This document shows positions 18,280-29,235 of a DNA stretch of 64,000 nt, in pieces. The translations under genes were made by a program, and so were the position numbers. Numbering within the stretch: the stretch's first letter is position 1; every line of letters starts with the position of its first letter. The stretch lies in contig CM000434.1 of assembly GCA_000165345.1 (NCBI GenBank), positions 960,001 to 1,024,000 on the forward strand, in the 5' to 3' direction. The notes beneath the pieces are model-generated. The model ran no database searches and was not told the DNA's origin. It saw nothing but the letters and a program-made list of their open reading frames with translations.

Positions 18280-18875
18280 TTATTTAGGTATAGAATAAGA
18301 GGGAGTTGACCAACTTTCTTCAACACATTCTAGTACTTTACTATTATACTTATTTCTTTCCTTAACATACATTTCAGAAGCTATAGTGTTTGCAGGAGAA
18401 TTAGGATTTGGATCACTCAATAAGGATTGTATTGAAGTTAATACAGAAGCAATATCAATCAAAGCACTCCATTGATTCTGAAGTATATCTAAACATATCC
18501 TCCCGTCTGGATATATATTGGGATGAAACATTTTACTTAAGAATCTTACATCTGGAGGTTTTGTTGGATATTCTTCAGAGAATTGCATAATTAAGTTAAA
18601 GGTGCCTATTGGGGTTGAAGTGTATAAGTTAAATTTCTTGATAATATTAGACTTACCACTTTCCCAGAAAGTATCTTTTGGACCATTAATGATTGCCTGA
18701 CAATACATCATATTTTGTGAAAATGGCATTACACGGATACCCTGGTATACCTCTTTTCTAAGCTTATTAATATCATTAACAATTCTCCTTCTCTATCAGA
18801 AAGAATAGTCACACACATAAGTTATATGATTCAGGAATTTCTTCAATATGTTAAACTTACTGCACTAGTTGACAT
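18280..18875 (-). CDS. RAD6: Ubiquitin-conjugating enzyme E2 of the Rad6/UBE2A type, two exons: 18875..18861 (MSTSA) and 18792..18280; intron 18860..18793 (68 nt).
   Basis: The spliced product begins 'MSTSARRRIVNDINKLRKEVYQGIRV...' (human UBE2A begins MSTPARRRLMRDFKRLQED). Later it reads 'FSEEYPTKPPDVRFLSKMFHPNIYPDGRICLDILQNQWSALIDIASVLTSIQSLLSDPNPNSPAN', which closely matches Rad6 around the catalytic Cys (HPN...C). The intron has a GTAAGT donor and a TGATAG acceptor. The ORF in the track (18280..18729) lacks the N-terminal roughly 26 aa of the UBC fold. Confidence 0.8.
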
Positions 18876-19132
18876 CCTGATTCTACCTAAATAGTAAACC
18901 TCTGATTGACGCTTATAAATTAGATTTATTGAATTTAATTAAGGAAACTCAAAAAAGAAAAAAACAAAGATAGACGTATTATAAGTTTAGAAGAGATGCA
19001 TTAATTAGATTTTGATTATATTTTCTCACGTTTTTATGTAATTTTTTTTTTTTTTAAGAATGACCTTTTTCTTCACAATTTTTATTCGAGGGTATTCCAC
19101 ATACTAGAATAAAAAGGAATAAAAAATTGCAT

Positions 19133-19159
19133 GTGCCCGCCCAAAATGGCCCGCCTAAA
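19133..19159. promoter_or_regulatory. Tandem E2F-like CCCGCC motifs (tgcccgcccaaaatggcccgcctaaag) in the divergent Rad6/RPL10 promoter.
   Basis: The motif is visible in the sequence and lies between the minus ATG at 18875 and the plus ATG at 19594. Confidence 0.5.
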
Positions 19160-19593
19160 GACGAGTATATAAAAATGTCTCAATTATAGATGATTAAGAT
19201 TAATTAATATTGAATGAGAGAAAGGTTGGTTGTTAAATAATAAAAAAAAGGTGAATAAAAAATAAAAAGACGAGACAACATAAATAATAAATAAAGGAAA
19301 TAATAGAAATTAATTAGGGTATATATATAGTGATTAAAAGAAGTGTATAGAGAACAAATAATTAAAGAATACACAAATAAATATAAATATAAATAAAAAA
19401 TAAGTTGATATTTATATAGGGTAAGGAATAAGTACTAAATAACATTTGAAATAGGAAATATATAGAAAATAAATTATACGTGTCGATTTTCGACTAAATT
19501 ACGAAACGTAAAATTTAAGGGAAAAAATAGCAATAGATCATCCAAAGTATTAATTATTATTTCTTTTAATTGATATTATTTGGAAGAGAAACA

Positions 19594-20262
19594 ATGGCAC
19601 GTCGTCCAGCAAGATGTTATAGATATTGCAGGGGAAAACCATACCCAAAGTCACGTTTCTGCCGTGGTGTACCAGACCCAAAGATTCGTATTTACGATGT
19701 TGGTAGAAAGAAGGCAGAATGTGATGCTTTCCCAGCAGTAATTCACTTGATTTCTGATGAATACGAACAAATTTCCAGTGAAGCTTTGGAAGCTGCTCGT
19801 ATTTCTGCTAACAAGTACATGATCAAGTTTTGTGGTAAGGATAACTTCCACTTAAGAATTAGAGTACATCCATTCCACGTACTCAGAATTAATAAAATGC
19901 TTTCATGTGCTGGTGCCGATAGGCTCCAGACTGGTATGAGAGGTGCTTATGGTAAACCAACAGGTACTGCTGCTCGTGTGAATATTGGTCAGGTCTTGAT
20001 GTCCATTAGATGCAAGGAAGATAAGACCCAGACTGCAGTAATGGCCTTGAGAAGAGCCAAATATAAGTTCCCAGGAAGACAAAAGGTCGTTGTCTCAGAC
20101 AAGTGGGGTTTCACTAAGTTCACCAAGGAGGAATACCTCAAATATCAAGCTGAGGGCAGAATTGTTCCTGATGGAGTTAACTGCAAATACATTAGTTGCC
20201 GTGGATCTCTTTCTAGAATCTTCCCAGAAGCTGCTAATATTAATATTCCACTTGATGACTAA
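19594..20262 (+). CDS. RPL10: 60S ribosomal protein L10 (uL16, QM).
   Basis: '[40 protein letters not shown]...' is the conserved eukaryotic RPL10 N-terminus. The track's start at 19570 is a TTG; the real ATG is at 19594. Confidence 0.9.
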   Translation: MARRPARCYRYCRGKPYPKSRFCRGVPDPKIRIYDVGRKKAECDAFPAVIHLISDEYEQISSEALEAARISANKYMIKFCGKDNFHLRIRVHPFHVLRINKMLSCAGADRLQTGMRGAYGKPTGTAARVNIGQVLMSIRCKEDKTQTAVMALRRAKYKFPGRQKVVVSDKWGFTKFTKEEYLKYQAEGRIVPDGVNCKYISCRGSLSRIFPEAANINIPLDD

Positions 20263-22062
20263 GCAGTAGGGAGGTGATTGAATGAAGGAAATATATATTT
20301 ACTTTGTGGATTATTGGCAGCTGTTATCTTTATAACTCGCCATATGTCCCATTGTTAAGATATTTATTATTTTCAACATTTATTTCATTAATATCCAAGC
20401 ATAGAAGTAATATTAATAATTCTTATTACAATGTTTATAACAGTTTTTTGTTTTATTTCATTTCCGTGCCTTTTTTTGTTAGTTTCACAAGTGGGAGAAA
20501 ATGTATTTTAACTTAAATAATGTAATGGGTAAAAAATTTTTGGTTTTGTTATTCTATTTATCAAGAACAAACAAATCTCTTATTTTTCCCTCCATTGCTA
20601 ATAATATTTCCTTTGGGGGAAAATTCTCTAAAATTTTGATCCAAATGAATCTCCAATAGCACTGATATGACTGTCAATACTAGAAATTTGTGCAAAAATC
20701 TCATTCAAATATGCATGCTTAGATTTTTTGTTGACACGTGTGGCGGTAAAAGCATGCAAATTTGTAAATACGTGTTTTGCAGATTCGCCGTACCGGTATT
20801 GCCAGTGTGAATTTTAACCACATAAACATGAATATGTGCATGCACAATTAAATTAGTTGTGAGGAACTAATGCTAAATTTTTACAAACAATTAAAATAAT
20901 TAAAAATTTTAGAATTTGAAATTCAATAGTTTTACCTTCAATCTCAAGAAGGAATATGCAATATATATATATGCATGTAAATATATATTAAAATAAACAA
21001 GAATCAATGAAATGACAAACTTAATTCAAATTTTCATTTATTCAATAAGCTATTATTTAATGAAAAATTGCAATTTTTAAGTCATTTATGTTCAGAAAAA
21101 TTAGGCGCCAATGCATTCCTTCATAATATTTCCTATTCCACCCCCCACATTACATTTGTTTTACTTGTAATGCTATTTGTGCAAGAAGTATAAAGCATAT
21201 ACAATTTTTGGAAATAAGTCAAAATTAAGAAAGGAATAAAATTTGGGATTTGAATTATTCAAAACTTTAAGAGCACGATTTGTGAACAATTTGGTATTCA
21301 AAAAGAAAAAAAAACAAGTAAACTTCAGAATATAGGTCACCCAGAGACAAAAAATATAGTTCTATTATTTTCATTAATATAAAAAAGCGACATACCAAAA
21401 TATAAATGGAGTTTATATTATTATTATTATTGTTATCGGGTCTCAAATAAAAAAATAAACTTTACTTCAAAATCTAATTTTGTATTAATATTTAATTTAT
21501 TTGTATTGGCTATAAACTGATCCAAGCAATAATCTCAGGAAGATATAAATAAATACCAATTAATACAGAAGGCAATAATAATAATAATAATTTTTAACTT
21601 TCTAATAGTTTATTCATACTTTTACACGCAAATTTATATTTTCAGATTCTGGAATTATTGCAAGTTTTTCTGTCGCAGAATTTGGCGGGCATAATTTCAA
21701 GATAATTCTTATGGTTGATCATAATTAAAAATATTTTTTCATTTTTGCCAACAAATTTGTTGGCTGAAGAAATAATAAAAGATAAACATTAAATTAATCT
21801 AAAGGAAAAATTGGAATTACGAAGTTTTTTTTTCTAGGGTGGAATTAAGCTATAATTATTAAGAAGATCTAAAACACACAAAACATAAGATAATTAGAGA
21901 TCTGAATGAATAAGTTCTCATTTATATTTGCTCATATATAATATATCTTAATAAAAGATTATAATATATGAACATTGTTATATTTACACACATTTATCAC
22001 ATAAATTGCAAATTTCCCAAGTATTTTAATATCTTTGGGAATTCTACTTATAACTTACTTTC

Positions 22063-23577
22063 ATGCAGCCATTAAAAGATCCACTTAATGACAGAGTTGT
22101 AAAGGAGTCTGACCCTCCTCCTCCACTTCCAATTACTGAAGAATTGCTTTTTCCAAATGGAATTGAAGGTAATCCTGATTGGAGAATTCTTAAATCACAC
22201 TTATTAAGAGAGGGACGCGTAAGAAAAGATCATCTATTGGAAATTGTTAGAAGAACTTCTGAAATTACTGCAAACGAATCAAACCTCTTAAGATTAAGAG
22301 ATCCAATTACTGTTGTTGGTGATATTCATGGACAATATTACGATCTAGTTAAATTACTAGACGTTGGTGGTGATCCTGAAACTACACAATATCTATTCTT
22401 AGGAGATTATGTTGACAGAGGATCTTTCTCTATTGAGGTCTTATTGCTACTATATTCATTAAAGCTAAATTATCCAGATACTGTCTATTTACTTAGAGGA
22501 AATCACGAATGTAGACAAATGACAACTTTTTTCAATTTTCGTGATGAATGTGAATACAAGTATGATTCAACTGTACATGGATATTTTATGGAATCCTTTG
22601 ATACTCTTCCAATTGCTGCAATTATTAATGGAAAGTTCTTTTGCGTACATGGTGGACTTTCTCCTGAATTACGTTCAGTTGACCAAATTCTAACAATTAA
22701 TAGATTCCAAGAACCACCAAGATCCGGACTTTACTGTGATATTTTATGGGCTGATCCTATTGATGAAAAAGATGAAACTGAAACTTCTGAAGAACATTTC
22801 GTGACCAATGATGTCAGAGGATGCTCATATTTTTTTGCTACTCAAGCAAGTAACAAGTTTCTTGATCAAAATGGATTACTTTCTATTGTAAGAGCTCATG
22901 AGGCACAATTAGAAGGTTTTAAGATGCACAGTCCAAATGTAAAAACAAGATTTCCATCTGTAATCACAATTTTCAGTGCTCCGAATTATTGTGATGTATA
23001 TAATAATAAAGGTGCTATTCTCAAGTTTGAAAATAACACTTTAAATATACAACAATTCAATTTCTCTGCTCATCCATATTATTTACCAAACTTTTTGGAC
23101 ATATTTTCATGGTCTCTTCCTTTTGTATCGGAAAAAGTTACTGAAATGTTATATTCTATTATACAACCTGTTGCAACTTCTTCTTCTGAACCTATGGAAC
23201 TTGAAGAAGAAGATTTACCTGATGATGTACGTAGATTAATGGATGCATTTTGCATTAATGAAGATGGAAAGTTACCAGAAGAGGTTGCTAGTCTTGGTTC
23301 TTCAATTATTAGATCTGCACAACCAGCTTCTAGTGTTATTTCAAAGGAAAGAGCTGATACTCTCAGAAAGAAAGTTCAAAGTGTTGCTCGTATTATGAGA
23401 GTATTTTCAACTCTTAGAGAGCAAAATGAACTTATTGTTAAGCTCAAGGGTGTCACCCCTGGCCATAGAATACCCATGGGATTACTCCTTGGTGGAAGGG
23501 ATGCTCTTGAAAATGAATTAGAAAAGTTCAACAAAGTTAAAACTATGGATGCATACAATGAAAGAAGACCTTATTAA
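22063..23577 (+). CDS. CNA: Serine/threonine protein phosphatase 2B catalytic subunit (calcineurin A).
   Basis: PPP metallophosphatase motifs 'GDIHGQYYDL', 'GDYVDRG' and 'LRGNHEC', with N-terminal 'DRVVK..P' and flanks that align to calcineurin A. The roughly 150-aa C-terminal region is consistent with calcineurin-B and calmodulin-binding/autoinhibitory segments. Confidence 0.8.
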   Translation: MQPLKDPLNDRVVKESDPPPPLPITEELLFPNGIEGNPDWRILKSHLLREGRVRKDHLLEIVRRTSEITANESNLLRLRDPITVVGDIHGQYYDLVKLLDVGGDPETTQYLFLGDYVDRGSFSIEVLLLLYSLKLNYPDTVYLLRGNHECRQMTTFFNFRDECEYKYDSTVHGYFMESFDTLPIAAIINGKFFCVHGGLSPELRSVDQILTINRFQEPPRSGLYCDILWADPIDEKDETETSEEHFVTNDVRGCSYFFATQASNKFLDQNGLLSIVRAHEAQLEGFKMHSPNVKTRFPSVITIFSAPNYCDVYNNKGAILKFENNTLNIQQFNFSAHPYYLPNFLDIFSWSLPFVSEKVTEMLYSIIQPVATSSSEPMELEEEDLPDDVRRLMDAFCINEDGKLPEEVASLGSSIIRSAQPASSVISKERADTLRKKVQSVARIMRVFSTLREQNELIVKLKGVTPGHRIPMGLLLGGRDALENELEKFNKVKTMDAYNERRPY

Positions 23578-23986
23578 GATATTTATCATATCTTTTGTTT
23601 ATATCTCAAACTATCAAAGGAGTATAATTTCACGATTTTTTTTTTTTAAGTTTATCAAAGAAATACACTTTGTTTTACAACATTTAGACAGAACAAATAA
23701 AAAAAAAAAGAAACTCTGATGAAGTAATATATGTTTAATCTGCAATGGTTTATTTCTATCACATTTTCTCTTGTATCTTTATAATATATACAATATATAG
23801 AAAAAAAAAAAGAACTTAATTATGTGATTACTTTTAAATATATAGTTCTCGGGTACCGAAAAGCTAGTTATTAGCCATCCATTAACCCCTCTTTTCTTTC
23901 AACATTAATTCAATTGGTATAAACTCGGAAAAGAATCATATGATCAGTAATATGAGATTTCTTTTAATTATTTTCATAACATTAGC

Positions 23987-26900
23987 TCATCTTTTCTTTG
24001 CAGTAACAGTTCTCTTTGGTCTTCCAGGTCTTGGAATTCCTGTAGAAGATGAAGAAATTGTCACACCTATTTGGTTACTAGATCCTATTGGACTGCTAAT
24101 AGCTTCCAGAAAATTCTCTTGTGCTGCTGTATTTTCATTAGATGAAATATGGTTTTCATCAATTGGAGAGCTTTGATAAAAGTTTGATGATTTTAAAGAA
24201 TCTAGTGAGCCTTGCTTTTGCTCTGATTTTGAGGAAATTATTGAAGGATTTTTACTAAGATTTAAAGTATTTTCTGAATAAATATTCAAATTTTCATCAT
24301 TAATAATATTCTCTCGTTCTTTTCTCTTTTCTGATCTATCAATTCCATTTGGCTGTTGTACTTCTTCCCTTAAAAACAAATCAGAAGAGCCAACAGTTGT
24401 TTCTTGGATAAACTGAGAAATGTTTAATGATCTCATTTCATCGCACTTTACATTTCCCCAGTTGAAACAAGATAAATTTGGTAATTCCTCCCCTCGAAGA
24501 TTTAATTGAGAATTTAACATTTCATCGCCTTTTTTGTTCTCATCATTAAATGGATCCAACATTTTATGGGTTTGGTTAAAATCAATATTGGGTCTCGGTA
24601 AAGTTTCAATATAGTAATCAACATATTTCATTGGAGATAAACATCTTTCTCTTAAAATAGGAATACTGTAGCTTTGTCTCCTACTTGGAGTTTGTCCTGA
24701 GGCTGGGCTGGTCTTTGCAACAACATTCTCAATCTCTATTAATCCTTGAAGGACTTTATCTAGAATCTTGGGTAAGTCTTTTACCGGACTGGAAGAATCC
24801 TTCTTCTCATTATTTCCAGATTTTTCATGAGAGAAGTTTGAGAAAGCAGTAACTTCACCCAAAAGTTGAATCATATCATTAATCTTCACCTGAATATTAC
24901 TTTGGAAGGATGTCAAGTTATAACCAAAATAATCATCAATACATGATGATAATTCACTATAAGAGCTGTTCTGTAGATTCACTACAGATGAAACATTATT
25001 AACACAACTTTGAATTGAGCTAGCGCTTAATTCGGATATTTCTGTAAACTTGGAATTAATTTGATCAAATTGTTCATTCCTAATCTTGGAAAAGTCAGAA
25101 AATCCTTCAATCAACTTTTTCTCTCCAAGGTGAGAAATTGAATGAACAAGTTCTCCAAGCTCATTCTTTCTCTTTTCAAGACAGTCTGTCTGATCTTTAA
25201 CAAGCTCTAATTGAGCCAATTCTAATTGTTCAATTCGGCCATTAGTTTCACGAAGCAAATTCTTATTTGCTAAATACCCATTTTCTAATTCATTAATGAT
25301 CTTTTCTCTCAAATCATCCACTTGTTTGAAAAGCCTCTCCTTTTCATCAATCAAGGCTTTGGAAGTTTCTTCAACAAAGTTATCAACTAATTTACAGAAT
25401 TGATTTTTCATTCCCTTGGATTTCTCATCCAAACTTGATAATTGTTCAGAAAGACGTTGATCAATCTCAATTTGGTGTGACTTTGCAAGATGTTCAACAG
25501 AACCTACAAGCTGCTGAGAGAATACTGTATCTAATTGTGTTTCACATCCTTTTGAATGATCTTTGTAATCTTGAACAAGACTCTGACAACGTTCATTTGA
25601 GAGCTTAAGCCTTTCTAATTGATTAGTAATATCCATTGATATCTTTTCTGTATCAGTTGAGCAATCTACAAGTCCCTTTCTAATTTCATCTTTAATTCTA
25701 GTAGTTATTTCATCTTGAGTTTTAAGACATTTTTTTAAATTTTCCTTTGCATTATTCATACCAGCATAAAGTTCTTCTGTTAAAGATTGTTCTAGAGAAT
25801 CAGAGAGCATAGAGATAACGTTATTACAAAGCTTTTTTCCAGTGTCAATCATTCCAATGATTTCAACATGTGAAAGTTGGCTTTTATTTTTCCAGTGAAC
25901 AAGTAAATCCTGATTGAGATCATTATATAGAATTTCAAGGCATTCCCTAGTCTTTTTCTCAGTTAACTGAATATCACTAATAAGTTGTTGTTGGAGCTTA
26001 AATAGTTGAGTATTCTGAGAAGATTGGAAAAGCTCAGATCCAATAATTTTTCTATGTAATTTTCCAATGTTCTCTAAAGATTGATTCATTTGCATAAATA
26101 AGTCTTTATACTTTTCATGATAAAGCTTGGCATGTTTTGAAACATGAATATTAGCAAAGTCTCCAGCTCTAACACGTAAAGATTTCTCATTTAGTTGATC
26201 AGTAAGGCTATTAACAGTAGATTCCATTTCTTTATAAAGAGCATGTTGATTTTGGAGTTCAGATTCCATTTCAACAATTTCATTAGCCTGGGATTGAAGT
26301 TTGCTTTCCATCTCGTTAAACTGAGAAAGAGGTAAATAAACTCCATTCTTTTCTCTATTGCATTGTAGTTCTTGTTTAAGTTTTTCAATTTCACAATTCA
26401 TTTCTCTGATCATGACTTTCTTTGTCATCTTTTGATTGACTACTGGCATATTCTTAATATTCTTAGCTCTGTGAGCATAGTCTAAAGTATTAAGAGTTTC
26501 TTCGAGATAAATAGAGGAAGCCGTGATAGTTGCAATAATGCAAGTCTTTGTACGGCCTCCCAAACTATCCTGTAAAAGACGTGTTAGCTTTGAATCTCTA
26601 TAAGGAACATAACTTGAGTGTTCTACTAAGGCGTTAATTACACGACCTAATGTTAACAAGCTTTGATTAATCATTCCTGCTTCCTTAGCCCGATCTTTTA
26701 CTGCATTTGCTCCGCTTCTTTGAATATTCTCGGACCCTGCTAAGTCTACCAGGTTCAACTTTCCCACCTTTAAAACATCTTCTCCATCTATGTTTGTTTC
26801 TTTGGTGTGGATTGTAATTGTGAAAATACAATGACTTCTAGAAGATGATTTATTTAATAAAGTCTCAGCTGTTCGTCTTTTTCTCACTGCAGTGGAAAGT

Positions 26901-27541
26901 ATATTAAGTATGTCTTGTGCTTTATTTACAGGAATCTCCTCAAGTCGATCCACATTTAGACCTCTCTTACCAGCAATATCATCATAGATTCTTAAATTAA
27001 GCTTTTCATCACTCAATAAATCTGATAACTCCTCATTATATATCTCCAAATACGAAACTCGAACCCCATATTCCGTGTATTGACTTTCCAACCTCTCAAA
27101 AATAAGTTGCACAGCTCTTGGAATAATTCCTGCATGCTCAGTCAGTTCCAAATTACTTGATTCCAGATACTCCTTCATATCACCCTCCATTGTATAAGTC
27201 TTCCCAGTTCCTGTCTGTCCATATGCAAAGATTGTACAATTAAAACCTAATAGTACTTCATCCACAATAGGAACCACATATTGTTTAAAAAGCTCTCTTT
27301 GTGAAGTGAATGACCCACAAACTCCATCAAAAGTAAACAGCTTGGTAGAGTATGAGTCAAATTTACGACTCAAAGATTGGTGAGAGACAACAATTTCTTT
27401 GGAATCTGGCTTAACTTGCAAAACATTACTGTTACTAGGGTCTTTCTTTTCCTGTTCTGTCAAAGGTCTGCATCGAACAATTACCTTCACATTTACTCCG
27501 TTCTCCTCAATAGTATTCTGACGGGGTTTTGAATTCTTCAT
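23987..27541 (-). CDS. Kinesin motor protein, kinesin-5/BimC-like: N-terminal motor, long coiled-coil stalk and an S/T-rich basic tail.
   Basis: Motor motifs are P-loop 'IFAYGQTGTGKTYTM', switch I 'SSRSH', switch II 'LNLVDLAGSENIQRSGA' and 'KLTRLLQDSLGGRTKTCIIATI'. The stalk is about 700 aa of heptad-rich sequence. Confidence 0.8.
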   Translation of the reverse strand: MKNSKPRQNTIEENGVNVKVIVRCRPLTEQEKKDPSNSNVLQVKPDSKEIVVSHQSLSRKFDSYSTKLFTFDGVCGSFTSQRELFKQYVVPIVDEVLLGFNCTIFAYGQTGTGKTYTMEGDMKEYLESSNLELTEHAGIIPRAVQLIFERLESQYTEYGVRVSYLEIYNEELSDLLSDEKLNLRIYDDIAGKRGLNVDRLEEIPVNKAQDILNILSTAVRKRRTAETLLNKSSSRSHCIFTITIHTKETNIDGEDVLKVGKLNLVDLAGSENIQRSGANAVKDRAKEAGMINQSLLTLGRVINALVEHSSYVPYRDSKLTRLLQDSLGGRTKTCIIATITASSIYLEETLNTLDYAHRAKNIKNMPVVNQKMTKKVMIREMNCEIEKLKQELQCNREKNGVYLPLSQFNEMESKLQSQANEIVEMESELQNQHALYKEMESTVNSLTDQLNEKSLRVRAGDFANIHVSKHAKLYHEKYKDLFMQMNQSLENIGKLHRKIIGSELFQSSQNTQLFKLQQQLISDIQLTEKKTRECLEILYNDLNQDLLVHWKNKSQLSHVEIIGMIDTGKKLCNNVISMLSDSLEQSLTEELYAGMNNAKENLKKCLKTQDEITTRIKDEIRKGLVDCSTDTEKISMDITNQLERLKLSNERCQSLVQDYKDHSKGCETQLDTVFSQQLVGSVEHLAKSHQIEIDQRLSEQLSSLDEKSKGMKNQFCKLVDNFVEETSKALIDEKERLFKQVDDLREKIINELENGYLANKNLLRETNGRIEQLELAQLELVKDQTDCLEKRKNELGELVHSISHLGEKKLIEGFSDFSKIRNEQFDQINSKFTEISELSASSIQSCVNNVSSVVNLQNSSYSELSSCIDDYFGYNLTSFQSNIQVKINDMIQLLGEVTAFSNFSHEKSGNNEKKDSSSPVKDLPKILDKVLQGLIEIENVVAKTSPASGQTPSRRQSYSIPILRERCLSPMKYVDYYIETLPRPNIDFNQTHKMLDPFNDENKKGDEMLNSQLNLRGEELPNLSCFNWGNVKCDEMRSLNISQFIQETTVGSSDLFLREEVQQPNGIDRSEKRKERENIINDENLNIYSENTLNLSKNPSIISSKSEQKQGSLDSLKSSNFYQSSPIDENHISSNENTAAQENFLEAISSPIGSSNQIGVTISSSSTGIPRPGRPKRTVTAKKR

Positions 27542-28137
27542 ATAATTTTAACTTCAATTTATCTTCTCAAGTGGGTTTTTTTCTTTCTCTAAAGAGAGAA
27601 AACCAACTCTCCAATTTTCTTCCCTCTAGAATGTTAGTTTTCCAATTGGATTCGTAAAAATTTCTAAAATTTCTACAATTTATCAAAGTTATTCTTTTTC
27701 AGACAAAAATTGTAATTATTTGTCTTTCGTTATATTATTAATTAATTCTGCTAATTTTTGCTTACCCACATGTGCATGTGTTCATTTGGGCGCCAACGAC
27801 ATTTTGTTAATACCGGTATTGAAATTTGTAATAATACTGCTTCTTTTTGCCCCCCATTTCCTAGAAGCTTTCAAATGAGGGGCGCACACGCAATAAAAAT
27901 GGTTGGTTGGTTGTTGGGGGGCAGACTGACAATTTAGCAAGGCATCATCTAATAAGGCAAATTACACGTTGGAAGTGAATTTTGTGATTTGTAATTAATA
28001 ATAAATTTTTTCAAAAATAAGAAAAAACAAGGGAGATGCTGTTTTAATTGCAAAGAAAAGGTCAATTTATGCTAGATTAAAATAATTGAGTGTGTGCATG
28101 TTGGAAGAGAAGTTAATTAGGATTGTTACACCTACAT

Positions 28138-29235
28138 ATGAGTTCTTTTGTATCCACAAGCAGTAGTAGGTGCCAAACAGAAGAAAATGAGCTCGAACAA
28201 GCTATTAGAGAATGCAAGGAGCTGCTCCAGGATTCACCTCAGTTATTGTATGAGCATTCATATAAGAAATGGAATCGCATGATTAATAAGGGATTGGATT
28301 ACTTTGTCAAAGAACACCCAAAGACTCTAAGAAGAAGGTTAGCTAGAGGAGTACCACAAGACTTTAGATGGAAAATTTGGAACTCTTTATTACAGATTTC
28401 TTCTCTAGATGATGAGGATAAAATTAATGAAAAGGTTTCTCAAAGCTTAAGAAACTCGAATTTTTTTTTGGAAATATTTAATATCAATGACCAGAATTCT
28501 CCGAATTTTCAGTCTCCAACCATTAATTTTATATATTGTAATTATTACGATTATGCTGCCAAATTTCTAAACAAATATTCCCCTCTGATAAGTATTGATG
28601 TTCCACGAACTTTTCCAGAACTCAATATTTTTAGAGACCAAGCATCTCAGGAATGCCTTTTTAGAGTATTAAATGCTACTGCAAACCATATTCCTGATGT
28701 TGGGTATTGCCAGGGAATGAATTTTATTGCAGCTTTATTATTAATAACCAGTAACTTTGATCAAGAAAGAAGTTTCTATTCATTAATACTAATACTAGAA
28801 ACATATGGACTTTCTGGATTTTATAAAGATCAATTCCCACTATTAACCAAGTATATTCAAGCATTTGACACAATGTTTCAGACAAATATTCCCAAGCTTT
28901 GGAAACATTTTCAAGATGAAGGAATCTTTGATCCTGTTTATCTTCATCCTTGGTTCCTTACTCTATTTGTTTCAACTCTTCCGCTCAAAACTGTTGTCAT
29001 TATATGGGATTACTTGCTAGCAAATGGCCTTCAATCATTAATTTCCATAGCTATAGCGCTTCTTAAGACCCTTGAGTCCTCTTTGATTGGACAATCAATG
29101 GAAAATATTATCCAATTCTTTAAATCCCTTCGTATTTCAGTTGGGATAAATGACGTCACATGTGCTAGAATGTTGCTTTCAAAGGCAAAGAACATCCATA
29201 TTTCCGAAGAAATACTTGCTACTTTTAAGGTTTAG
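28138..29235 (+). CDS. TBC-domain Rab GTPase-activating protein.
   Basis: Arginine-finger region 'RRRLARGVPQDFRWKIW' and glutamine-finger 'YCQGMNFIAALLL' (the IxxDxxR / YxQ dual-finger TBC signature). The track's start at 28123 is a TTG; the first ATG is at 28138. Confidence 0.7.
   Translation: MSSFVSTSSSRCQTEENELEQAIRECKELLQDSPQLLYEHSYKKWNRMINKGLDYFVKEHPKTLRRRLARGVPQDFRWKIWNSLLQISSLDDEDKINEKVSQSLRNSNFFLEIFNINDQNSPNFQSPTINFIYCNYYDYAAKFLNKYSPLISIDVPRTFPELNIFRDQASQECLFRVLNATANHIPDVGYCQGMNFIAALLLITSNFDQERSFYSLILILETYGLSGFYKDQFPLLTKYIQAFDTMFQTNIPKLWKHFQDEGIFDPVYLHPWFLTLFVSTLPLKTVVIIWDYLLANGLQSLISIAIALLKTLESSLIGQSMENIIQFFKSLRISVGINDVTCARMLLSKAKNIHISEEILATFKV

Noticed and set aside
20561-20704. 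47-codon minus-strand ORF (MRFLHKFLVLTVISVLLEIHLDQNF…) next to the 20.7-kb motif cluster.
   Set aside because: It is below the confidence needed for a feature: short, with no recognisable family, and could be chance in a 1.8-kb spacer. It is kept only as a low-interest finding pending transcript evidence.
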